From Octopus sinensis (Eukaryota), in NCBI RefSeq assembly GCF_006345805.1, contig NC_043001.1:23312001-23376000 (forward strand): 64,000 nucleotides of DNA, read 5' to 3'. Positions 53,301 through 64,000 of this stretch are shown piece after piece. A model generated the notes under the pieces. That model saw only the letters and a list, made by a program, of their open reading frames with translations. It was not told where the DNA came from and did not search any database. The first letter of the stretch is position 1. Each line of letters begins with the position of its first letter. Position numbers and translations under genes: made by a program.

Positions 53301-55152
53301 TTTCCATGCTAGCATGGGTTGGACGGCTCAACTGGGGTCTGTGAAGCTGGAAGGCTTCGTCAGGCCCAGTCAGATCTGGCAGTGTTTCTATGGCTGGATG
53401 CCCTTCCTAACGCCAACCACTCCGTGAGTGTAGTGGGTGCTTTTTACGTGCCACCCGCACAGGTGCCAGACAGAGCTGGCAAACAGTCACGAACGGATGG
53501 TGCTTTTATCAATTCTGAAAAGAAGACAGGCAGAAATGACTCAACCAGAATTAGAACTCAAAGTACAGAAATACGGAAGGAATACTACAAGGCATTCTAA
53601 CTGCTCTAACAAAAGAAACATGATTGACATGACTTTTGGAAATATGCTGTGCTTGAGAAGACCTGGCAAGCCAAATGAGACCATAACCTCATGGCCTATG
53701 CCAGGGGTGTAACCAGCCCACTTATGCATACCTTTTCCTTCTTTGGGCACTAAACTCTGCTTGTAAAGACCTGTTGAGGCAAGTGAAATCGAAATCATTT
53801 GATGACTGGCATCCATGCTAGCGCGGTGCAAAGAGCACCATATGAGTGTGATCGTTGACAGAATAGCTAACTGGCTTCCGTGCCAGCAGCACATAAAAGG
53901 CACCATTCGAGTGTGATTGTTACCAGCGTTGCCTTACTGGCACTTGTGCCCCGTACAAGTAGGGTGCTAAGAGCACTATCCGAGTGTGATCGTTGCCAGA
54001 GCGGCTAACTGGTTTCCGTGCTGGTGACATGTAAAAGGCACCATTCAAGCGTGATCATTCCCAGCGCCACCTTACTGGCACTTGTAAGCACATTCGAGCG
54101 AGGTCATTGCCAGTACCGCCTGACTGGCCCCTGTGCCGGTGGTACGTAAAAGCACCCACTACACTCTTTGAGTGGTTGGCATTAGGTAGGGCATCCAGCA
54201 GTAGAAACTCTGCCAGATCAAGATTGGAGCCTGGTGCAGCCATCTGGTTCGCCAGTCCTTAGTCAAATCGTCCAACCCATGCTAGCATGGAAAGCGGACG
54301 TTAAACAATGATGATGATGATGATGATGAACACCAGCCATAGACATAACCTTAAAAAAAACTAAGATTACTAAGATATCTCCCAATTGCTTACTGCATTG
54401 GAAACTGGAATAAGCACCACCACAATGCAAAAGGCAGTAAACTGCACATTGGTTATTTTAATCATGGTTCAATACCAATGCACTAATAATCCTATACACT
54501 AAGTGAAGCGACCAACTGTTGTTTCTGCTCACTATGCTACTTGGGTTTTGGTGTACCAAAACTAAGATCTTGATCCTGTATAAATTTCTATTTCATGATA
54601 TAATTTGAATTTACTCCTTTAGGTATATGTACATGTATATGGTTAGTATATTTGTATACAACCCAGTTGTAATGTATAAATATCAAATATCAATTTCTTT
54701 ATATAGCACAGTTTTGATCAACAGATCTTTAGGGTTGGGCCTAGTACACGTCTACTGTTCTATTCTGCTCAATGAGTGATTAAACAAATGTATAATGTAT
54801 TATTTCTTATATTGTTTATTCTGGGCTACATTACTTCTGTCACATCATCCATCATATGTTATGTATTTCCATGCATTGGACTGTTTCAAATGTATGAAAT
54901 GTAGTAACTATAGAATATACGCTGCAGCATCAGGATGTTAATTTACTTACCAAAAGATATTTTACTCTACTGATACTCAATGAGTCACATTTGATAAACA
55001 ACATGCATAGATATATGCATTGCAAATTTTTCATTTGCCATTTTCTGATCATCTACACACAAATCAATTCTATAAATGATTCCCAAAGCAGCAGAGCGAT
55101 TGAGCTTGCTAGTATTATGTTATTTCAGTTGTTTAACAACTTGGTCATAATA

Positions 55153-56415
55153 TCAGCTCATCCCATAAGTTCTGTCCGATTTTACCCTTTTTAAAATTGA
55201 ATGAAATTTAATAGTATTTTAGAATGTCTAATGGAACTAAAAATTATATTAATGTATTTGTGTACATTTAAACTAATTAAATATTTTTTTACGGAATAAT
55301 AGAATTAAAATTTCTTTGATTAAAACCCTTTCTAACATGGAAGTATCCAAAGAGCATTTAAGGCACATAATGCTTTATGAGTACAAAAAAGGAAACTCTG
55401 CAGCCGAAGTGACTCGAAACATACACTCAGTTTATGGGAAAGAATGCTTGAATGAAAGAACTTGCAGAAGATGGTTTGCAAAATTCAGAAGTGGAGATTT
55501 CAGCCTTGAAGATGAAGATCGAACAGGACGTCCAGTTGAGTTTAATGATAAGCTCTTTGAGGCATTACTTGAAGAAAATCCTGCAGTTGAAGAATTTGCA
55601 ATAAAGCTTAGTTCGAACCTTACATCTGTTCATCGTCATCTTCAACAACTTGGAAAGGTTCCTAAACTTGGAAAATGGGTGCCTCATGAATTGTCCAAAA
55701 GCAACCGCAAACCCTCAGTTGACATCTGCTCTTCTCTCCATTCTCGCGAACTCATATCACCCTTTTTGGATAGATTTGTGACTGGTGAAGGAAAATGGAT
55801 CTTCTACCGAAATGTTAAACGTTGGAAACAGTGGCTTGGTAAAAGAGAAAAAGCTCAACCACAACCGAGAATGGAACTTTATGGAAAAAAGGTTCTTCTC
55901 TAGGAGTAGTTCACTTTGAATTGTTACCACCTAATGCAACAATCAATGCTCAAGTCTACTGCCAGCTAATAGAGCCTTTTGAACCAAGCTTTGAAAAAAA
56001 AAGATCCGTTTTAGTGAATCGAAAAGGAGTAATGTTTCATCAGGACAATGCTCGACCCCACACTGCAAAGATCACATCACAGAAGATCGAAGAGCTTGGT
56101 TGGGAAAAAATTCCTCATCGACCTTATTCTCCCGATCTTGCTCCTCTAGACTACCATTTGTTTTGTAGTTTACAAAATTATTTGGAGGACATAATTTTCG
56201 CAAGCCAGGAGGAGCTCGAAACTGACATTTCAGAGTTCTTCGCTTTGAAACCAAAAGAGTTTTACATTGATGGGATTAAAAAGCTTGTAAATAGATCGAA
56301 GGAAGTCATAGATAATCAGGAAAAGTACATTGATGATTAAATTTCAATTAAATATAACATTTGATCACTTGTTTTCTTTATTCAAAATTCGGACATAACT
56401 TATGGGATGACCTGA
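55153..56415 (+). mobile_element. Near-full-length mariner transposon, inactivated
   Basis: ~28-bp TIRs TCAG(C/G)TCATCCCATAAGTT(C/A)TGTCCGA, TA TSD. Motifs WVPHEL, VTGEGKW (first catalytic Asp lost), FHQDNARPH, YSPDLAPLDYHLF. Deletion and frameshift near 55900. Confidence 0.92.
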
Positions 56416-56639
56416 TATGTATAACAAAACTTAAATTTTTAAGAAACAAATATTACTAGCTAGCAAATATTGGATAATACTCAATCACAAGCTTAAGAAT
56501 CCAGTGTTTTGAAATAATTTGAAGAATAAATATACAAAAACTATTATCTGAGAATTAACAATAAGCCAAAAATATAAATGTAATAAAATAAAAAAATTTA
56601 TTTTTACAAATGAATTGAAGCTAAAATAGAAAATAATTG

Positions 56640-57293
56640 CTATGATTTAGAAAAATTTTTTTGCATAATTTCCCTGTAAAAAGTGAAGATCTCATCTGAA
56701 GCTGCTCTGCAGGCCACCAAAGCTGAGTTGAATTTTGTTTTATCAAATAATCCAGACGTATGTATAGCAAGAATGCTTTTAGAGACACTGTCAAATACAA
56801 ACATCATTGATATTGGTGCAGAGCTTTCTTCTTTTAATGTTGGGTCCAAAATAAGTTGGTCATTCTCTGTGAAGACACAAGATACAGCTGCTATCATGAA
56901 GTTCATATTAACACTTGCATCTAATAATGAGAGACAAACAACATTTATTGCACAAGCTAATAGGGACCCTGAATTCTGAAGTTCTTGAATAGTTATACTA
57001 ATAGAAGAACGTGGATGTAAACAGGCCAAGATTGCTGTCTCACAGGTGCTGCATATTAAATTCTCCTTTAATTTTTCTGCACAATTAGCCATACCTGATT
57101 TAGGTTTATATACAATTTCTACTGTAGCTTGGTTGATTTGTTCTTTAGCAATTTTCACTTCAGCTGGGCCATATACTGAGGCCATCATTGAGGTATCACC
57201 ACAACTAAGACTGGCTGAACCGTCCGGTCGTGACAAAAGGCTCAGTTCACAAGACATTTTCCGTAACTGCTGTTTTTTTATTTCTCCATTCAT
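56640..57293 (-). CDS. EXOSC5: Exosome complex component RRP46 (RNase PH family)
   Basis: Intact 217-aa ORF with RNase PH motifs LR...CELSLLSRPDGSA, VYGPAEVK, HPRSSISITIQ, GSLLACAIN..CL.LLDA. Acceptor TTTTTCTAG|G at 57302 just upstream, and AATAAA at 56602-56597 downstream. Confidence 0.93.
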   Translation of the reverse strand: MNGEIKKQQLRKMSCELSLLSRPDGSASLSCGDTSMMASVYGPAEVKIAKEQINQATVEIVYKPKSGMANCAEKLKENLICSTCETAILACLHPRSSISITIQELQNSGSLLACAINVVCLSLLDASVNMNFMIAAVSCVFTENDQLILDPTLKEESSAPISMMFVFDSVSKSILAIHTSGLFDKTKFNSALVACRAASDEIFTFYREIMQKNFSKS

Positions 57294-58666
57294 TATGAAA
57301 TCCTAGAAAAATAAAAAATGAATTGATATTAAACTATATAAAGATATTTTAGTTACAAAATAACTGAAGTAGTTAAATTTTTAAACAGCAAACCCAATTA
57401 ATGTAGGGAACTGCACAAGTGGTTATGTGGTTAAGAAGCTCACTTTACAACCACATAGTTTGGGGTTCAGTTACACAGCACAGTCAGGGTTATAGTAGAA
57501 GACACTGGGCAGGTGCCTTCTAGTATAACCTTGGGCCAGCCAATGTCTTGTGAGTGATGTTGGCAGATGGAAACTGTGGAATTTTGCATATTTACATCTA
57601 TATATGTATGTGTGTGTCTGCCCAACAGCTTGACAGCTAATGTTGGTTGCTTTATGTCCCAGATAATTCTATTAGTCTCTTTTGCCAAAACCATTGAGTT
57701 ACAGGGACATAAAGCAACCAAGTGGTTGGACAAACACAAACATACATATATAGATATAAAACAGGGTTCCACACAGTTTCTGTCTGCTGAATTCACTCAC
57801 AAGGCATAAAAATAAATACTTGGGTCAATCTGTTCAACTAAAACTCTTCAAGGGCAGTGTCCCAGTATGGCCACAGTCTAATGCTGAAATAAGCAAAATT
57901 TTGAGTAAAATTAATATAAAAATGCAGACTAGTAAATTTATGTTTCCACACAAATTTATCTTTCATATATTTTTCATCTACACTACATGAATATCACATC
58001 TCGTCCTTCCCGTTCCCATGGAAACAAAACCAACAAAATGCAAATGGAACATAACTCTGATTCAATTGGCTAATTTAGTGCAAACTTTTATATGTAAAAC
58101 AATATCAAGATATCAACTGTTATTTTCTCCTGTTTTAAGTGGACCTGCTGTTTCAGAAGCACAAGGACATTACAATTTCTCAGAGAACCTGTACCAATGA
58201 CCAAATTAAAATGTTATATCTTGCAGTCGTTAACTATGATATAGGGTATGTAAATACTCATTGTAATTGTATAAAAGGCTCAGTAGACGCATCATTCAAA
58301 TGTGGCATGAAAAGTGCATTCAGCAGTAATTTTAAATGAATATGAGTATACTTAGGCGGGATTAAGCCAGTATTGGCTCAGGTTGGACACCATAGCCCAT
58401 TCTTCATCCAAGGTCGGTTTGAATGTTATGAGGAATTTCTCTTCCCTTTATGAATCTGGGTATAATGCTAAAAAGAACAGGGCCAGGTGAGATGAAATAG
58501 TTCTGTCTTAGTATTGTAAGATGCATGTTTCTTTTACATGAGGAAAAAAAAAACACTTACCAAAAGGAAATCTTTGGAGGGGAGAAAAAGTATCATGTAG
58601 AAGGATGAATGATTTTCAGCAATGATATATATACACTTTTATAAAAGTGTATATATATCATACACA

Positions 58667-58895
58667 GGCGGCGAGCTGGCAGAAAGGTTAGCACGCCGGG
58701 CAAAATGCGTAGTCGTATTTTGTCTGCCATACGTTCTGAGTTCAAATTCCGCCGAGGTCTACTTTGCCTTTCATCCTTTCGGGGTCAATAAATTAAGTAC
58801 CAGTTACGCACTGGGGTCGATGTAATTGATTTAATCCGTTTGTCTGTCCTTGTTAGTCCCCTCTGTGTCTAACCCCTTGTGGGTAGTAAAGAAAT
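58667..58895 (+). mobile_element. Family B SINE (monomer, representative)
   Basis: GGCGGCGAGCTGGCAGAA...GAGTTCAAATTCC tRNA-like head, Meta-like core, tail AAAGAAATA. Confidence 0.85.
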
Positions 58896-59465
58896 ATATA
58901 TATACACTTTTATAAGATAGTTCATATACAATGTAAGATAGAATATTTTGTACTGTATACTAACAGTTAAGATTGTACAAAACTTATAAAGAAAGAAACA
59001 TTTCAAAGACTTATTTGATTGTGACTGCATAGCCGATGGAAAGAATATTTCAAAGATTTATTTGATTGCACCTGCATAGCCGACAAAAGACACTTGAACA
59101 TCACACAAAAGCTAAAAATAAACGACTTAAGTTGCAAAACTCAATATTTTAGAAACCAAAAGAAAAGGAAAAAAAAGCAATCCATTCCCTTAAAGACAAA
59201 AAGGAAACTGGGCTTCAAGGGTTTCTGGCCGAGATGTACATAGTTGAGGAATGGCACACAAGAAAACTTTATGCTGTGTTTCTGTTAAGCTGGGATGTGA
59301 TGGGAGGTGCAAGGTGACCTCCGTGAGGTAACCATTATTTCAAGGGAGACAATTCAGAAAAAACTAGCAACTAAAGGTATTGTGTAGCAATGTTTGAGTG
59401 TATGCTTGTATGTGTCTGTGTGTGTGTTGTGCGTGTGCATAGGTTTATAGAATTATATTTCTGTA

Positions 59466-59835
59466 CTAGCAGTATCGCCCGGCGTTGCTCAGGTTTGTAA
59501 GGGAAATAACTATAAAGCATTTTTAGAGAGTTATAGCCAAAAAATAGCAAAAAAATGATGGTAAATTTTTTTGAGTTAAAAAAGGTGGAGTTGCGTCCCC
59601 ATGACGGTCTGTGGTTTGGGTTTCTGATTCTCGACCCCATGTCGAATTTATCGATTTTTTTCAGAACTGGGGGAACTTTTCAAAATTTTCGCTGCGTTAG
59701 TTTTGAATTATGACATTGGGCTATGTGTGTGTCAAGTTTCATCAGAATCGGTTGAAAGCCGTGGTCAGAGTGAGGGTACGAGAAAACAGACACACAGAAA
59801 ACGCACAGACAAACTGCCGTTTATATAGAGAGAGA
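59466..59835 (-). mobile_element. Non-autonomous Helitron, family 2
   Basis: Reverse complement of 18321-18704, with TC/CTAG ends and an A|T target. Confidence 0.8.
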
Positions 59836-60483
59836 TTTATAGTGCTTTCCTTGTATATGTTAGTTTACAAAATGTGTGTGTTTGTACTTTTTGGGTGCTG
59901 GAAAATTTTAACTCAACCGACTCGCTCACCACAATTTCAATTTAGCTTTGAACCAGTTACCAAGGTATGTGAACTTATTCACAATTTATATACAACTAGT
60001 TCTTGCTTTCTGAGCTCCTTATTATGAGTTTACATCTTCACAAGATGTGACAAAAATTTTTTTAAATTATTTTCATAATTAAAAAAAAAAAATTATTAAC
60101 TCAATGTGTATTGCCCCCTCAATGTCCAAGCAAATGAATGTGCTTGACAACCAAGCCAAAGGTCAAAATATTTGCTAAGAGTCAGTAGCCTTAGTTTCCC
60201 TTGCTAGGCACCAGTGTTTTTGATTCAATTCAAAGTGTTATTCTGTTACTAGCAAGCAAATGTTAACAAGGCACCAAAAGTTTTGATATGCCCCCTTTCT
60301 CAACATGCCAAAAACAGAGAAGATCCATAACTTTAATACAAAAATGTGAAATCATAAAATAATCTCAAGCTGGAAATACCATTAAAAACATCTGTAATAG
60401 ATAGTCAATGAGCTTTTTTCAACCATCAATTGGAAATCATGTAAATTTAGTAAATAATCATACTTATAATAAGCCACCACAGT

Positions 60484-61816
60484 GTGGGCTTAGAATGCAG
60501 CAAAAGTATACCTGAGGTGATGCACAGATTGGATGAGATTATCAGAGAGAACAATGTCTATGCTGCATCTTACAGGACATTACAAGAAGTAGAACTGCAT
60601 GAGGTGCAGTATGCCCAACAAGAACAGGGGCCTATATCTGTTGTAAATTTAGTCTTCAACAGGGATCGTACTGCTGATAGGCAGAAATACAATTTACCAA
60701 CAGTTAAGGAAATAGCTATGATCTTCAACAATACTGATGGTGAGTCACCATTCAACAGAGATTTCAAGGTTTACCCAAGAAACAATGACATTCCTGTGAT
60801 CAGTCTGAACATTCTTAGCCCCAACCATGACCCAATGACATATGTATTGTTGTTCTTTCCATATGGAGAGCCAGGCTGGCAACCACATATGATTGGTAAT
60901 AAAAATAGAACAAACTCAAGGCAAAATGTTACAATGCTCCAACATAAAGTATCTCTTACAGCAGTTAGAGATGGTGAATTCAACCCAGTTATCCATGGAG
61001 GTAAGCTCTTTTAGCAATGGGCAGTAGACTCTTACCTGCAAGTCAAAGGTAACAATATAAATTTTGTGAAGAACCATCAACACAGGTTAAAAATAGAACA
61101 ATACCATAATTTTGCTGATCATTTACGGAATGCGAGTACATGGGCTATGCTACAGAGATTTGCATCTTCCAGTCCCAGCTGCAGCAACCTTTCATGAACT
61201 GTTGAAAATAACAATGCTGAAGGAGCTGATATTGAGTGGCACATTGCATCCTTCACTGAGGCTCAGCACCAGGTCTATGAACACATTATTGCAGCTATCG
61301 ATGACAATGAAAGACAGAGTAGATTCTTTTTCCTTGATGACCCTGGAGGTACGGGAAAGACCTACCTGTACAATACATTGATAGCTTCTCTAAGAAGGTA
61401 AAACAAGTGTGTCCTTTCCTATGCTACTACAGGCATAGCTGCTGATTCGCTCATTGGTGAAAGGAGTTCACAGTGGACTCAAGCTACCCATCCCATTGCA
61501 TGACAGTTCCACCTCTCACATGAGAATCCTTTCAGAGTCATCTGAGAAATTCAAGCAGGCTCACCTTTTAATTATTGATGAAGCATCGTTATCATGCAAT
61601 GTTCTGAGAGTCATTGATCAGCTGCTGAGGCAAACAATGAATTCGCTCACACCATTCGGTAGAAAAGTGTTGCTACTTGGCAGAGACTTCAGACAAACTG
61701 CACCTGACATCCCAAGAGGATCCAATGCAGCAATAATTGAGTCCTCAATTAAGCAATCTCCTCTCTGGCACATAACAAAACTCAGTTTGACATTTCTGAC
61801 AGCACAGGTACACTAG
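60484..61816 (+). pseudogene. Decayed Helitron Rep/PIF1-helicase fragment
   Basis: YNLPT..EIA, HDPMTYVLLFFPYGEPGW, GGKLF*QWAVDSY, DPGGTGKTYLYN (Walker A), LLIIDEAS, PFGRKVLLLGRDFRQ. Stops and large deletions. Confidence 0.88.
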
Positions 61817-63311
61817 TTAAAAATAATATTTGCTGATTTCCTGACATAAAATTCTTCATAGTTGGTTAATTTAAATAGGAGCAAATTGACTAAGTCAGCT
61901 TTGATCAATGCAATGTGTTTCAGATTCATCACCCTCATTTTTTCCTTTTAACATCCACTTCCTCATTCTTGCATGGCTCAGATGGAATTTCTTGAGGTGC
62001 ATTTTCTACAGCTGGATGCCTTTCCTGTCGCCAACCCTCACTTGTTTCCAAGTAAGTTAATATTTTCCCATGACCAGACGCTTTTCACAGAATATTGGAA
62101 AACACTTGCATGATGGTGACAGTTGTTTACAACCATCATGCAATGTCAAGGCAAGGAGACAGTAACATACTTATATACAATGGGTTTCTTACAGTTTCCA
62201 TCTACTAAATCCACTCAAAAGGTATTGGTTGACCTGGGACTAGAGTAGAAAATATTTGCCTAAATTGCTACACAGTAGGATTGAACATGGAACCATATGG
62301 TTGGGAAGCTAAATTCTTACCATTCACACACTGGCACACAACTTATTGGAGAAGAGGATTGGTATTTAATTTAAACAAAGTTGGTGAACATAATGGCACC
62401 CTGTATACAATTAAGAAAGTGAAGCTTCAATATACTGTGGTATGGTACTAAAATTTGTTCAGAACTGAATCTCATTATTTATTGTTTAATAGTTTGTGTC
62501 CAAGAATCCTTAAGCAGCAAATCATAGCAGAGACACTTTTGATCATGGAGTTCTTGCAAAACCAAGGCTGACTTAATCCTTTAGTATTTAAACCAGTGAT
62601 ATCTGGCCCCAAATATTTTACCATCAGTATGTTTAAACTGGTCTCTCGCACCTACCCTACAATATCATTCTAAAGGCACAGGTATGGTTTTGAGGTAAGA
62701 AGCTTGATTCCCAATCACACAGTTCCAGATTCAGTCTCACTGTGTACGGCACCTTTGGCATGTGTTTTCTACTATAGCCTTGGGCCAACCAAAGTCCTGC
62801 ATGCAAGTAGATTTGGGAGCAGGAACTGAAAGAAGCCTGCTGGATATATATATATATATATATGTATATTTATATATCATCATCATCGTTTAACGTCTGT
62901 TTTCCATGCTAGCATGGGTTGGATGGTTCAACCAGGGTCTGGGAAACCAGGAGGCTGCACCAGGCTCCAATCTGATCTGGCAGTGTTTTTACAGCTGGAT
63001 GCCCTTCCTAACGCCAACCACTCCGTGAGTGTAGTGGATGCTTTTTACGTGCCACCGGCACAGATGCCGGGCGAGGCTGGCAATGACCACGATCAGTTGG
63101 TGCTTTTTACGTGCCACCGGCACGGAAGCCAGAAATGAAATTAATAAGGTACTATTTAAGTTTTTACTTGCTAGCCACTTTATTATTATTATATAAAATT
63201 TTATACTGGCTCACATTATGTTCATTTTTTAATGTCACGGGGGCATTCAAATGAAAGAAAACACATGGTGTAATGTGATGAATATTTCAAAAATGGATTA
63301 TTTGCAGTAAG

Positions 63312-63367
63312 CCTGGCTGATGAGCTTTAAGTATATTCATACAAAAAGCAAAAACAATTGATCCTGG
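63312..63367 (+). ncRNA. Degenerate hammerhead motif in a probable Penelope pseudo-LTR remnant
   Basis: CCTGG CTGATGA GCTTT...AAAGC AAAAA CAATTG ATC|CTGG. G12 appears mutated to A. Palindromic stem III CAATTG. Segment bounded by TA-rich repeats. Confidence 0.4.
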
Positions 63368-63910
63368 AATATCTGTAGTTCATACAAGGTAAGCCTATTT
63401 CTGTTATATTTGTTGCATTTGCCCTGTGTATTTTAATAGTGAGAAATTTGTGATTTTGGAACAATAGCTCTATTTATAGCAAATGGTATTCTGATACCCT
63501 ACTAAATTTCTTTATATATATATATATATCAGCATCATCATCATCATCATTTAACGTCCGTTTTCCGTGCTAGCACGGGTTATATATATATAGATATATA
63601 TATATATTATAGGTGGAGATGCAATCGCCCAGTGGTTAGGGCAGCGGACTCGCGGTCGTAGGATCGCGGTTTTAATTCCCAGACAGGGCGTTGTGAGTGT
63701 TTATTGAGCGAAAACACCTATAGCTCCACAAGGCTTTGGTAGGAGATGGTGGCGATCCTTGCTGTACTCTTCTTTCGTTACAACTTTCTCTCACTCTTTC
63801 TTCTGTTGGCCTGCTCACTTAGCCAGAGGAATGGCATCATTTGAAGGGTAAAACAATGGGAAGCGCATTGTGACCAGCGATGTGTAGCAACATCTGATAG
63901 CCTGGTCGGT

Positions 63911-63951
<41 letters not shown>

Positions 63952-64000
63952 TATATATATAAATATGTGTTCCCTCCACCCACCTACCACATGACAACCA

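Noticed and set aside
53275-54329. Inverted pair of (CAT)n-tailed repeats (similar layout at 6343-7325)
   Set aside because: Explained by independent opposite-orientation insertions of an abundant SINE or LINE-tail family. The arms are short and diverged.
56683-57306. Plus-strand ORFs antisense to EXOSC5
   Set aside because: Shadow frames of the real minus-strand CDS.

Overview
AT-rich, repeat-dense animal genomic DNA. The SINE, MITE and microsatellite content looks like an octopus (coleoid cephalopod), which is an inference. There are two host genes, both on the minus strand. One is an NR2E5/HR83-type orphan nuclear receptor, reconstructed here as five coding exons (29924-29921, 9607-9467, 5893-5801, 4378-4052, 112-<1), with a 4-nt first coding exon and a diverged ligand-binding domain. 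The other is exosome subunit EXOSC5/RRP46, encoded as a single uninterrupted CDS. The rest is mostly transposon material: tRNA-derived SINEs, Penelope-like elements, Dong/R4 and CR1 LINEs, a Gypsy fragment, two mariners, hAT, Merlin-like and piggyBac MITEs, and Helitrons. The most striking signal is a set of type I hammerhead ribozyme motifs in Penelope-type remnants. These include a near-perfect hairpin with ~430-bp arms and one hammerhead per arm, inserted into a SINE inside the nuclear receptor's first intron. Most ORFs in the supplied track are repeat or microsatellite artefacts.
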